Below, piece after piece: positions 13,801 through 27,900 of a stretch of DNA of 64,000 nt; within the stretch, counting starts at the first letter, position 1, and each line of letters opens with the position of its first letter. A model generated the notes under the pieces. The model was not told where the DNA came from. It did no database searches and worked only from the letters and a program-made list of their open reading frames with translations. The position numbers were made by a program, and so were the translations under genes. Source of the stretch: Lingula anatina (taxonomy: Eukaryota > Animalia > Brachiopoda); the NCBI GenBank assembly GCA_051362555.1, contig CM120640.1, forward strand, positions 69,728,788-69,792,787. The letters run 5' to 3'.

Positions 13801-15809
13801 GCCCTGGCGCACCCCAACCCATGACGAACATGACACAGCAGCAGAGCATGACAATGGTGGCCCAGCAGAACATGCCCCTGCCCCAGGGGAACATGACCAT
13901 GCAGCCATCACCCCAGCAGAGTATGGGGATGCAGCCCCAGCCACCCCAGGGGAATGGCATGAGCTACTCACCCCCAGACTCTTCACTGAACCCACACCCC
14001 AAGTTACCGTCCATTGCCAGAGTGCCTCCACAACAGATGGCAGCACCGCAGGCTCCTCCTCCACAGTACCCTGGATATCAACAGCAGTATCAACAACAGC
14101 AGCAGTACCAGCAGTTTAACCAGCAGCAGATGCCCATGTCTAATGGTAAGTTATCATTGGAGTGCCAGGTTGATTGCTTCATATGCCCACAACTACAGGC
14201 CTACCAAACTACCAGACACGGCACCGAACGATCCTGAATTCACCAGTAAATCGGACCACACTACCCGTTTTCAAGGTGTGTATCAGTACGCATTTCACAG
14301 TATCAGACGCGACACCGCTCTTGCCTAGTATGCGATGTGATAGTGACAATTCTGAGCCGGGTTGCATTGCATTGCATTGCATCACCACTCAAAATTTGTT
14401 CAGGGTATGATACTGTGTAATGCGTACTGACTCACACCTTGAAAATGGGTAGTTTGGTCTGATCTACCGGTGAATTCAGGATTATTCGGTGCTGAGTCTG
14501 GTAGTTGGGTAGGCCTGAACTACTTTTGTTTAATGTTTTTATTTAAAAGATTAATTTTCAGCAATGTAATAATATTTCTTATCGCACATGTGCATGCAAA
14601 GTAAACAAGCCAATTAGGGAGATGTATAGAGAATAATAAAGCATAAAGAACACAATATTAGACATTTTGAACCTAAAATTTGTAAATTGCCTCTCTCTTC
14701 CTTGTGTGTAGCTTTGATAACTAAACACTGCTTGTAATGACTCGATCTTTTCAGTGGGGAAAAATCAAATTTTCATATATGTAATTGTAGAATCATTAAA
14801 AATGATAGGAATGTTTGAATTTTAAGAATATATGACTTAATAAAATACAAAATCTGTAAAAATCACTATTTTCCCCATGAAAAGATCGACTCGTTACATT
14901 ACTCGATGTATTGAAGTCTGATTGGGTTGTGTTTGCGCTCTGTCCACTGCTTTGTACTGACCGGGAACAGGCCGCGGTCATGCCTGTCCTAATGTCCAGT
15001 GTACGTCTCTGTTGCAGTGAACAGTGGTGGAGGCGGGCAGTACATGCAGGTGCACACCTCCTACCAGAACTCCATGACACAGCAGGACACCGTCATGAAC
15101 CAGCAGGCCAGCATGAACGCCATGAACATGGCTGCCAACAACATGAAGGTCATGCGCCAGCCGAGTCCGCGCAGCATGGTCCCCATCCCAGCTTTCGAAG
15201 ACACTATTGCCAGTTTGACTCTGGAACAGAAATCAAATGGTATGTAGTTCTCTGTAAACTCTCAGACTCATTTCATTTGGCCTAGTGTTTGTGGGTGTTA
15301 AATGGAAACATGTTGTATACACATATGGCAAAATTAAATATTTTTTTAACATGGTGACTGAAAATATGATTTGTTATTGTAGTCATAAGTCATTTTTTTG
15401 TCTTGACTTACAATTAAATAATATAATTGTGATGTACTTTTGGCCTGCAAGCCTGCAATACTGAGTAAATAAACTTTGAATTTTCAAAATATGATAAACT
15501 TGATAATTAACAACTTCATTGGTCTTTGTTACATATCTTATTTTGAGACAGGTACATATCTTCTTCATTTGATATATTTTGTTGTAGTAAAGTTAATAAA
15601 GTAAATATGTAAAAGATGAACGTGGATGGAATAAAGTAATTGTGTAAGAATTAACAGACTTTCTTTTGTTTGCAGGCTATGGTGACTGTAGTCAGGGTGG
15701 TTTTGATGGGATGGGTTACAGTGAAGAATCCAATCAGTTTCTTCAGCTGAATGCTGTGGACAGGTGTAACAGCCAGCTCTCTGCAGTCTTTGCTGATGGG
15801 TCTTCATAA
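4848..15809 (+). CDS. GLIS3: Glis1/3-family Kruppel-like zinc-finger transcription factor, 5'-partial (N-terminus and first fingers lie left of the window)
   Basis: GT-AG exons in continuous frame: 4848-5009 ([54 protein letters not shown]), 9830-9940 ([27 protein letters not shown]), 12398-12569, 13349-13463, 13763-14145 (Q/P/M-rich, PPQY motif), 15018-15239, 15676-15809. The last exon ends [23 protein letters not shown], resembling the vertebrate GLIS3 C-terminus. Finger sequences are Glis1/3-type rather than Gli-type. Confidence 0.93.
7968..8200. repeat. Degenerate inverted repeat, probable MITE relic
   Basis: Perfect 16-bp core AGTGAACAGTCTGTTT / AAACAGACTGTTCACT with weaker flanking complementarity; ends are uncertain. 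Confidence 0.5.
11822..11975. repeat. Imperfect inverted repeat (~50-bp arms), old MITE or RNA hairpin
   Basis: AGCACATTTAGAACAGCGGACTAACAGATC... pairs with ...GATCTGTTAGCCTGCTGTTCTGAATGTGCT. Confidence 0.75.
14196..14517. mobile_element. MITE, hAT-like CAGG termini with 5-bp TSD
   Basis: About 110-bp imperfect TIRs CAGGCCTACC...GGTAGGCCTG, flanked on both sides by AACTA, in a Glis intron. Confidence 0.85.
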
Positions 15810-17538
15810 CACTGACGTTTTACTAATGGCTCCATAGGCTGCTCCCATTGCAACAGGTTGTCCACGGCAACAGACTGCAGCACAAGTGCCTTGAAGTTTA
15901 AAATTTACATTCTGCAAACTGTGTCCATTGTACTATTTACATGTAGTCCATCCAGCTTGATTTTTAAGTCAGAAACATTTTCAAAAACTATTGTCATGGA
16001 ATTTCTTTTTGCACTGTCACAAGTTCAGCATGGAGAAAGTAAATGATGTATGATCAGGACAATGAAGATGCCAGGCATACTTGGTATGATCGCAGCAGAA
16101 GACAGCAGTTAACTTGAAGGCATTGTAACATTTTACCGGTGGTTTGATTGTTTACTTTGATAGAGGATAGTCTTTCCATTGAGGGTTGAACAGGTATATG
16201 AAGAGGTGCCAGATGTATGGAGATTGAACAGTTGGCTGCTGTTGATAGAAAAGTGCATTTTTGAAAGATTCATGAAAGAAGATACTACTAGATATTATTA
16301 TGGTGGAGTGGGCAAAATCACTCTTAAGTTTAATTACAGTTTGGTTTTGTAAATCGTATTATATTAGACCCACATGCATACATGTTTACACATTCATGTG
16401 CCGGCACGTGCGCGCACACACACAGACACACATAGATATTCTGTTTTATTGTGCAAGATAAATGCATGATGTATATATATTTTTGTATGTGCCATACAAT
16501 TTGAGCTATAGTGATTAGGTATTCCCCTTCAGTGGACATAATCATTTTGATATAAGGGGAAATCAAGCTCAATGCTATGTGAAGCAATATGACTTGCTTG
16601 CAAGAGAAATTCCGTCCTAACTAGTATTGTACTTCAACAATCAAGTAGAACAATCAAATTTTTTAAAGACTTTAAATATAGCACATTTGTCTCACTGTCT
16701 TATTATTGTTTCATTGTGACTTCAAAGGGAGTAGCACATGAAACGTCTGCATTTATGTCTTTTTCCAAACACAATGCCATCCATCTTCTGTCAGCCAATG
16801 AAATTATAAAATGTATCATGAAGAATATTGGTAACTGACAGTTGAATGACTATTTATTATTTACATTTGTTTGAAGGTTAATTTTATTCAATTTGTGTAA
16901 TTTCTAAACTCACTTAATGTAGATAAAGCACGGCAGACGTTGAAATGGATTTGACAAAGTCAGATGACCGATAGCTCGACCAGGCCCAAGTATAGCAAGC
17001 TTCCAGTATATAGTTGCACTCAGAGAGAGTAGAGCAGTAGCATAGCAAGGCTTTATGATATACAGGCAATGTGTTTAATGTAAACAAATTGACTAAATTA
17101 CTTAACTGCCATTTTGGTGTATATAAATATATATATATTGATTAAAAAAAAAAGCAATTAATGTGATTACTAAGAAGGATGAGTAAGCAGCTAGTGCTGA
17201 AGAACAACCATGACGTGATCGATCAGTGATGATTGGTTCAAAGTTTGCTATGTACAAGCATAGGGGATGTAGAGGCTTAAATAACGCAGTAGTGTACCAT
17301 GGCTTCTGGCTGTCCGTAGCTTCAGTGTCAGATCAGGACAGACCTCTGGATCAGAGAACAACGGTGTTGTCAACTCATACTGTACTACTGGTGTGGATTG
17401 AAGGCACTTCAACTCTTATTTTATCATTTATAGTGTGTTGCAATTGTGTGCCTGTGAATGTGAACTTGTTTAATATTATGAATATTATTGTGTTTATTAC
17501 TATCATTATGTGTTTTCTTTAATTATCATTAATCTTGT

Positions 17539-17563
17539 TATATATATATATATATATATATAT
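17539..17563. repeat. (TA)n microsatellite
   Basis: Uninterrupted TA run. Confidence 0.9.
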
Positions 17564-18283
17564 GTCATTATTTTGACTAGTTTATTGAAAATGATAACTC
17601 TAGTTTCATGTGCACCCACACGTCCACGTGACACTGTTTTGTAATATATTGTTCACTGTACATGTCAACAGTTCTCAAAAACAAAGGTTTATTTTGAAGA
17701 GTTAAATATAGTTTAGTCTAGTTAGGGAGTGACTGATATATTTACATATAATACCGTCCAAAAAGAATTTTGAAGAAAAGATATATTTTGTAATTAAAAT
17801 AAATCTATGATTGCAGGAATCCTATTTTTGTGTATGTAAAATGCTGAGCATATATAGGAATTGAGAAAAGATGCATTTATATTAAATCATTCCTTTATTC
17901 TTTGTATGGTTTAAGGTATTTATGATCACTCAAAGTGCTTGGTTTATTTAACAATCGTGTGGCCAAACTTGATTAAAACACATTTCATAATATCTAGTCA
18001 GTTCAGTTATAGTTTTAAAATAGACGTAATTAATGTACAAAGGTAATGTTAGGCAGTAAAAACAAAATCACATCTGATTGAGTAGATAAAAATAGAGCAA
18101 GAACAGGCCAAGTTTCATTGAATGCCAAAGTTTTAATATAATATTTTTATGAAAGTTGCACATTTTAGAAAAAAAATGTAGATTTAGGTGATACAAACAC
18201 ATTTTTGTACAGAAAACTAAGTAGTGATATGCCAAATGCTGTAAAGTTTATAGCCTTTTTCATGTAGTGGTGATCAGAGCAAT

Positions 18284-18300
18284 GGCGCCATCTAGTGTTG
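18284..18300 (-). promoter_or_regulatory. CTCF-like motif between Glis and Tax1bp3
   Basis: The minus strand reads CAACACTAGATGGCGCC. Confidence 0.4.
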
Positions 18301-21300
18301 GTTTAGTCACACGATTGTTGAATGCTGCATGGTTGAAGATTTCCCAAATGTGTAAAGCCAAGACATATATGAAGGAAATGGTGCATGACTCTTTGCCAAA
18401 GCAAATGTTTCTTTTTTTGTTTCAAACTTTGAAGATATTATATTTCTTGGTATGTAATACAATTTCTTTTCTTTGCAAAATGAATTATGTTGGAATATTA
18501 TTATTGCCACAATTACAGAATTTTATATTAACGTGAAAAAATGTATGTTATATTTGATTGATCAAAGTGCACTGGTTTTAAACTGTAATGAGCTTCACAA
18601 AGCGAGACAGAAGTTTCATTTAATTAAGGTGACCATTTTTGCCCCAAGGGGTTTAAGTGAAGTTGAGTTGCTAACCGTAAGGGTAAAATTGATTTTTAAT
18701 TTCCTTGTAATATTGAGGCTTGTAAGGACCACTACTTTCTCATAACTCAGATAAGGTTGAAGAACTAACAGCTTACTGTAACATTTCTAGAAGGTGAAGT
18801 AAGGAAAAACTGAGTGCTGTGGATGTAGTTGGAAGCCAGCATAATCTAACAGTTTAGGTCTTTGGTTTCATGTGCCCATTTTGGAAAGTATTCCTTTAAG
18901 ACCATATCATAAACTTGTTTGTCAATAAATCATTATTTATTCAATGCAAGTTTTTTACGTTTTTCTTTCCTTCATATAGAACTGTTTGAACTGAATAAAC
19001 CTAAGACAATCATAGATTACATCTTTCAGTTACTCCTTTGTACCAAGGAACTTTTAATATGGGCGTGTATTTTTGCGTTTGTCTCATAAAAGCAAAGAAA
19101 ATAATTATAGAAATTGGATTTCCTGTTGTTTCCCCAAGCAAGCTTAAAAATAAAAAGCCAGAATAACTATAGAAGTACTAGTTACAACTCGACTTTTCCA
19201 TTTATGAAATATAAGTGATTATGTCTGGGTGTTGCCGAGATATTGTTTGCTCTTGTATGTGGCAGAGAGTGGATGGCAAGTACTAGTAGTTTTAACTGAC
19301 TTCCCATCCAAAAATAGGATGATTGCACTTGTGTTTCTCTCAGAGAGCAATTTATTAAAATACAGGCGCGACTGTAAGCAAAATACAAGTGTAAGAATCC
19401 TACTGTTGGAAGCGCCGGCCATGGTACTTTACCAGTAGTACAGAAAAGAAAGAAAGAAAAATAAAAAGTTTGTTTCTTTTCTCTTTTTATTGCTCCCCTT
19501 ACTAGTATGTAATATTTACAGAGAATACACAGAGATCAATACTGTACATGTCACCCATCTCATCCTCTAGTTCCTCAACACGTTAATAAGCCATTTTAAT
19601 GTGAAGAGCTTGATCTGACAATTATCTGACTTTCACTTTCACTATCCACATGCATTGTAGAATCAATTGCCATGAAGTTTTGACTTGGGATTAGTTACCC
19701 GTTCTCCAAATGATTAAATACTGCTCTGTTTGTGACTGGAACAACAATGTATCTCCAATGCATAAAGGTTACAAATCTTGAATGCACTCTACACATACAA
19801 AATACAAGATGTTCATATATCTAAAAACCATTAAAAAATGCACCCTTGAATATAATAGAACAGCATTGTCTCTACAGCAGCACCATACAGATAAATATAG
19901 AACAATTTCTAGACAATATCTAGATTTAACATGCAATCTTTACACTAATGAAAAAAGGAGATTCTACTCTAGACATGACATATTTACCCCGACCTACCAA
20001 ACTGGTGACATGAATTGGTCAAAGAACAGGTGTTTCATGGTCTGGAAAATACCCTTTTGTTTCACAAATACTTGGAAAATGTCTGAAGATATATATACTA
20101 TATATAATATATATACATGTATAAATTTAAATGTTGACAAGATGCACAACCTTTCAGCAGCTAAATTAGACCAGCACTACAGCTAAATATATATATAAGT
20201 CAACTGCAGTCCTTTTCACATTGAGCAGTACAGCATATGATACAGCACCACTTTGACTGGTCCTAACATAAAGTTCTACTCACTTCCACAAGCCTCAATG
20301 TAGAAAACAAAATTTATGCCATAAACTAGCAGTGTCGAGTGCTCCTTTTAGATGACTCTCTTCCATAACAGCCAGCTGGCTATCAAGTTGTCCATCTGTC
20401 AAACTGGAGAGTTATAATTTACTGTACTGCTCGCAGTGAAAAAGGTCCCAAGCTGGTGCAGCTACAGACGACTAGCCTACAAAATTGCACAACCTTTCCC
20501 CCTGTATTGACTCTACAAGTACAGATTTCAAGATACGATACACATTATTTTAACAAGTTCTAGGAGTAAAATACATACAAAAGTCCTGTGGCAAGTATTT
20601 TTCCTAAATGCTCAATCTATAAATTTTTATTTTCATTTGTTTTGGTCATAATTCAAACCGAGAAAAGGGTTTACACAATATCTCATGTCTTATTACCATA
20701 TGGAAAAATGCAGTTGGCCATATAAAAGTATATACAAATTATTGCCAAGTTTAATTTCTGTGACCCTTCTTGGATATAAAAAATTGTGCCCATGACGTAC
20801 TTCTTCAGTATGAAACAATGACTTTTCATGAATACATTCAATATAACCAGATATGTGACAATTTCAAATCTTCAGGGATAATTCTAGATCTGATTTTCAG
20901 AACTAAGAAATAAATGATCCTTATTAACATTATCATTCAGCAGATGTCAGTTACTCTTAATAAATCATCTGCTTAAAAAATTGATAACATTCACACTGTC
21001 ATACTTTCAAAAATTAAAGACAATTGTGTGGATCAAGATATCTCTTGAAGACATGCAAAATAATATATGTTCTATATTCATATAAAATAATATAATTAGG
21101 AAGACTTTGCATAAGCAGCATTGTGATAACATTATCTAAAATTGGAAGCAAATAACAGACTTCACTGAAGCATCTATGTGTATTATATAACCATGTATAT
21201 GGAAAAAGTATTATGATATGAATAAGTGTTTTGAGACCGTTAGCTTAGTGGAATAGATTTCTAACCCCCCAATATAACTGCAAAGTAATCAATGTTAGTC

Positions 21301-21927
21301 AATGTGTTACCAAATGAAAAGATTTGAAATTTGAATTGAGATTTCTTTTACCAAAATAAATGAATACATGCTAAAAATAGAAGAGAAAAAAATTTGGGAA
21401 CTTAATTATCATGGCACATAAATAATACAATGAGCAATACTACATCTTACCCTTGCACAGCATCAAGTGTGAATGAACAAGCTACTGCAGGAATTCAGCT
21501 TCCTTAATCTCAAATATGATAGAAAATGGCTGTCAAATTATGACAGTTCACTCATGCAAACTACACATGTATTGCACCTAAATTAGTATTATAACCACAG
21601 AATGCATTATTGAAAGAAGAATTCAGTTATTACTACTATGAACCAAAGTGCAGATGGCATTAATATTTCCACTCCTACATAAACATTTAGCTCATCATTA
21701 TTTTTTTTATAATCAGACGACTGATATAAATGGCATTCTTATAGTTTAAGACAACTGGATAAAAAAATTGACAAAAGTGGTGCAATGTAATACAGATGAA
21801 ACGTTCTTATAAATCCTAATGCCTTGCACAAGTAAATATGACTGACTGGACGCTCTGACTAATGCCCATACATTTTATACATGCTGAAGATGGTGTGTGA
21901 CCCCCCCCCAAGGTCTGTCCCCAGGGT

Positions 21928-24900
21928 TCAGTACCCCCTCTGATACTGTGGCTGTGGCTGGTAATTCTGCTGTGGATATGCCTGGAACTGGGCCTGGGGA
22001 CCTCCTGACTTCTGTAACCTGGGCACCCCAGGCCGGAACACCAGCATGTTGAGGACGGGTTTTCTCTGGATGTAGTCCACTGCCTTCTTGTGGGTCACTA
22101 CTGTCATGTCATGGCCATTGACCTGCAATGGAAAATACAAGTTGATTAAAAGACCATTCCCAGAGACTATCGTACTAACTTTGGATCGAACTATCTCTGA
22201 GGGAATTCTAGCTTAACTGCAATGAAGTTGGGCGGCTTCGATGTCTGTCACGCCTGCTGAGGCTGATAGGGGTAATTAACTATCGTTTAGCAGCTTTAGT
22301 GGGCGTCCCAGACATTTAAGCCACTTGGGCTGAGAGCAATTTAGCGAGGTACCCTGTGGAGATGGACTGATCCTGTTAGATCAATCTAGGGATGGGAACC
22401 TAGGGTGTCCCAAACAAGGCAGCAAGGCTGTAAAACGAGCAGGCATTAAACAGAAAAAAAAAATTGAAGCACAAGAAAAGCAGTTTTTCTGGTCAATTTG
22501 ATGCAATATCATATATTAATGCTTTTAAGCAGCATACGGTAATGTGCCATGAATTTCGAACAGTAGAAAATAATTAAATTTGGGAAAAGATCGTTCTGGC
22601 TGAAATTCATGAAATGGAGGTGCTCAGAACTTCCTAAAGTTCGAATTTCATGGAATTCTGTCAATTTTGACCAGAAGTTGTCTGTTCGTCGCTAGGCCTT
22701 CTGTTATCTTCTCCCGACGATCTATTTAGAGTTACCATAATGTATGATGTGTGAGTGTCGGTAATTGCGACCAAAGGTATACACAAACTTTCACCCGATC
22801 ACTGTGTATGGCCCATAGATAGAGCGGTACTGTTGTCTAGGGCCGCAAAACAGCATCGTTATCAGTAGTGTCGTTTTTCAAAAGCGATTCTGGCAGCCAG
22901 AAACTAGTGTCGTTTTTCAAAAACGATCCTGGCGCTCAGAACGGGAGTGGACGGAGGGAGAGACGGCCAACGATTAGCGTCTGCCACGGCCAGATAACCT
23001 TAACTATGGAAGCTTAGTGTTACCGTTGCTCCTTTCCGTGCACTGAAACCGAGACGACAGCCGATCAGTGTCTATGGCGCACGTGCAGGTAGCCTTCATC
23101 TGCGATAAGTGTCTTCCGCGACCAGGTTCGTTGCCTTTACCGTTAAAGTCGGGCGGAGCTTTACGCGCGAATGCGTCCTCATCTCGCCGTTCGCGGGTCG
23201 GTGTCTCCGACACATACGTAGCCTTCCCTGCAGAAGCCGGCCTTGGCACTACGGCCTCTCCTCCGTGCGGGGAGGCCACTACGACCGCAGATCGGTATGT
23301 GCGGCGCACAGGTAGCCTTCGCCACGGCAGCCGAACTGTGTATTACGGTCTCTCTCTGTCGTGCGCTGCGACCAAGATGACCGCTGATTGTTGTCTGCGA
23401 TCAAATATACTAGGTGTGGGGGGGGGGTGCAGGGCCGTTTTTTTTTTTTTTCCGCTCAGGCATTTCAATCTTAACCAGCAGCACCAACTGATTTCCTGGC
23501 GCATAGTTGCGTCAATGTACGCATTTGAAAAGCGTGTACGTTTTGTCATTGAAACCATCTTCAAACAAACGCGAGAGATAGGTAATCTAGAGTAAACCGA
23601 AAAGGCAGTTTTTATATTTGTTCAAGGGACTGGAAGATCGTCAATGGGAGATAGTGAGCGATCTGAGCGCGACAATAAGCCAATTTCCACACTAGTTCAA
23701 GGGACTTCGTTACTATATTCGTCAGCAAGAGATCGTCAGCGATCCGAGCAAGCATAGAAGCTTGGACTTTTTGTCCATGCTAGAAGGCAATTTTCATGTA
23801 GTCAGCAGGATATGGTTTGCTGGTTTGCAACAGGGGCGTAACCAGGCATACGCACGGATACACTGTGCGTATATAATTTTTTGGCCAACCATGACAATAT
23901 TCTCTATAAATCTAGTGTACTTTTCAAGGAATATTATCGAAAATCCCCTTCGATTATAAGTTAATGTCACCTGAATGTACAAATTCTCTGTATGATTTAT
24001 ATATGCACCATTGTTCTGACACCCTTCTCGTTTGCTTTCACAGAACTGAGGTAAACAATACTAGTTACCATCTGAAGTCCGATCTTAATCGTCCATCTAG
24101 CTGGAACTTGCTTTAACTCTTAATTAGAGGGTAAAGTGCCCTTCAGCTCACAGGAAGCTTTTGTCTTGAGTGTATCGAACGCAATATTTATCTCAGATAA
24201 AAATCTACCTGTGTGTTATTTTCAAAGAGCTGCTCCAGCAGACCTGGGGGCACTAGATGATTCTGATCATCGGGCTAAACAAGGAGCCAGAGAAACAAAG
24301 GAAGATTGATTTTTCATGCAATGTTTCAAAGAATTTGGACACGGACTTGATCCAGCTTAACCCTCCAAACTAACGGGGTGGCATGGGCAATTTTTACAAA
24401 ATTTACAAACAATTAAACTTAGATATATTACAATTTTTAGACAGCTTGCGACTTTTTTTATGACGTCTTGGCTTGTCGGGACAGCCGTGGACGTTGTAAG
24501 AAATTTTCTTAGAGTAATTTGACGTACCTAGCTTTTATGATGCGTCACAGATGAATGGTATTACTTTGTAGTGTACGCTGATATTCAGTCACGACGAAAC
24601 TACTTCCTAAAGCTTACAAAACACAATAAAATGTTTCTATGAACTTTAAGATACACATTCCACGCCGTATGCAGCAGTGACAAGAGTGACCTTCATGCGG
24701 TACAAAACACTAAGCAAACTACAGGCCAATTTGTGAAAGGGGACACCTTCCGGACCTTCATACGCACTGCCCACTGACAAAGCTGATTGACAAAAAGCAA
24801 AATTTCAAATTTTCAGCGAGAGATCGTTCGCAATCCGAGAGAGATGAGGCAATTTTCATATTTGTTAAAGAGACTTCGTAAGCCAAAGGGCGAGACGAGA

Positions 24901-27900
24901 ACGCAATTTTCGTATTGTCAGCGTCGCAATCCGAGTGAAATGAGAAAGCTCATACTCGTTCAGTGGCTTTCGTTTGCGGCAGATCGTCAGCCGGAGATCG
25001 TTCTCGATTGTTTTTAACCCTCCATCCCTCCCCTTTAGAATTTATAATTTTTAAAAATATTTTTCATTTCATTTGTACATTTCAAGGGACTTCATTAGCG
25101 AAAGATCGTCAGCGGGAGATCGTGAACGATCTGAGCGAGACAAGAAAGCAATAATGGTAATCTTTATTGCAGCTCTTAATATTACTCTTGTGTTCTGTTA
25201 CTGAAGTCTCTACTGTTAACAATGCTATTGTGCGCCTCAGCAAAACTACCGATCGCCATCTCACACCGAATACTGCGGTAAAGAAACAACAGCCCGACAG
25301 TACAACTCTTAATAGATTCTCCTGTTATCTGAATGAATGGATATGACGATGTTGTTTAGCGTCCTAAACTAACTGTACTGATCGTTATCTTGCACCTTGG
25401 GACGCACACGTAGTACTCAGGTAAAGGTACGCTAGGGCAACATTGCCGACTGTTAGATCTTTATAAGCGCAAGAATAGCCCGGTGGCCGATTTTAAGGTG
25501 TACGAAATTCACGAAATCAAGATCGCGCAAAATTGCTTACTGGCCGAAATTCATGGTCCAGAAAAAACTCCAGACGGCCGATTTTAAGATCGTTCGAAAT
25601 TCAAGAGCCGTTCGAAATTCATGGCACTTTACCGTAATTACCATGATTCTAAATATGTACTACTGTTACTGTTGACTTTCACAAAATAAAACTGGCACAG
25701 GGCTTTGTTATGTTAACTCTTTGTTAAAATAAGTTTATCAGTTTGCACATTATAATTAGTATAGAGTGAAGATATCAGATTGATGTTAACATATGTCTGT
25801 GAGTATCATAAAACATTAGTTCATAACAAAAGAACATCAGCAACCTTACATGTTAACTTATCCAAGAATATCATCAGCTTCAAGTCTACAGTAAAGTGTG
25901 ATATCTAATACGCTGCATTACCTGTAATATTTTGTCGTGAACTTCCAACCCACATTGAGCTGCTGGTCCATTTTCATAGATAAATGTCACGTAAATACCC
26001 TTAAAAATAAAAATTGTTTTCTGTTTATTAACTGAAGGCGTAGCAAATCTGACATCTGATCTTTTATCTCTGGACACCAATTTCAAAACTCCGTGTCAAA
26101 ATATTTTTTTAAAGTTATTCAATTTCTTCATTACATTACTAGTATGTTGCTTGACCCCAATAAAATGACATCTTACAGTGTCAGGGAAACACCAATTCAT
26201 ATTGCTCTTCCAATGCTGTTTAATACGAGCTTAAGCCATTTATCATCTCACACCTTATCTGGATAACCCTGTGGACTCTTGGAATTATCTTGGTCAATTC
26301 CACCACCAATCTTAAAGCCGCATCGAAACCTCTGCTTGCCATCTTGGTCATAGACTGGGTTGCCGTGCTGGTCTCGGTCTGGCTCTTTGTGTAACACGAT
26401 TGGAATCTACAAAATAATTGCTTAATTTTCAATTGGATTTTCAATCTTTCTCCTCTCCCACAATAAAAACCATTTAATGAGTATTACATGGCTAGACTCA
26501 GGTTTTTTCATTTCCATGGATGCTTGCTGTGAATGATTTACCAATTAATTTTGCAGAGTAATTTGACAACTTGAACTTCCTTGAAGAAATAACTAAGTGA
26601 TTGGGACATATGAATACGATCTATGCCTACTGTTAATCCAAATGTAACTTAAAAACTCAATTAATCAAACATTTGGCTTGCAAATCAATTACATAATTAA
26701 CAGGGATCATTATTGTTAATCTTTTCTGTTACTCTTTTCCAGTACAAAAAATATTTCAAAATCTGGTGACAGACTTTATCATGATTTCCCTTAAAACATA
26801 GCATGCTTCAACATCACATTGCAGAAAATGTAGTTTATTACAAAACTCCACAAAAGGTTTAGATTATGATGTGGATGTTTTTGTAACACAAACCAAGATC
26901 TTTTTAGCCCGACTGCAGCTTTAAAACTGCTTCAATAAAGTGGATGACAGCACAAAGAAAGGTTAGTTCTTTGATGTACAGAGCTATCATATAATGGCTC
27001 TTTCATGTTTAATGAGTTGTTCGCAGGTTATTGCTATCTGGGTTTATTTCAAAGGGTTATTGAAAAGTTGTGCATTAAGCATAAATACAGGAATGGCTGT
27101 ATTCAACTTCCCAACAGCATAATAAACCTTTATCTAAAACAGAAATATCACATAAAATCCAATGAAAAAAACCCTGCTATACAGATTGCTGTTTTATTGA
27201 TACCATATTCTCCAGTATAAATCTGAAAGCAATGTTTAAATGTTTAATGGTAGTTGTAAACCTCATATAAAAAGCGACTTATGTATGTGTTATGAAACAT
27301 AAATGATAATTGCTTCATTACAAATTTTTCCAGATTAATTTCATTGATGCGGTTGCTCTCTGTGAAATAGTTCAGACCCCCACCCTTTTCCAAGAGGGAA
27401 ATATGCCTGATTGCTTTTCAACCTCTAGCCAGGGGCCCTGATTTGTAAATTTCAGCTTCACAGTCAGCTTAATAAGAAGCATGTAGAGTGATGTAAGAAA
27501 ATTAGGAATACACATGTATACTAGTAAGCTTTGACCTGTCACATCTAGACTGCTGCTTTGAAAACAGACATATTGTGTTTTTATGACCAAGGTGATTTGA
27601 CTTGTTATCAACATGTTGAAAGTAGAGTTAATATTATGAGCTACAGCCTAATCATATTTATTTATTATATAAACTAAAATAATTCAAAACTAACAATTTT
27701 GGCACACTTTAAGTTTAATAAAAATTGCATGCTTTCATCTACTATGAATTTGTAAGGTAATATGGTAATAAGAAGTAACCAATAAACACACCAAATATGT
27801 ACTAGCAATATAACACCTGATACTTTTCCTTGCACAAATTTTTAATTTCCTTCATCTCTGATGTTTTTTATCTTCGTGTGTCGAGGGTAGTTAAAGTCAT

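Noticed and set aside
13759-14064. Antisense ORFs over Glis and Rfx low-complexity exons (also 53787-54092)
   Set aside because: They are shadow ORFs of the real + strand coding exons.
23004-23595. Overlapping ORFs of 101-175 aa in a GC-rich block
   Set aside because: They lie inside the TIR element, show no recognisable domain or DDE motif and cross homopolymer runs; GC richness explains their length.
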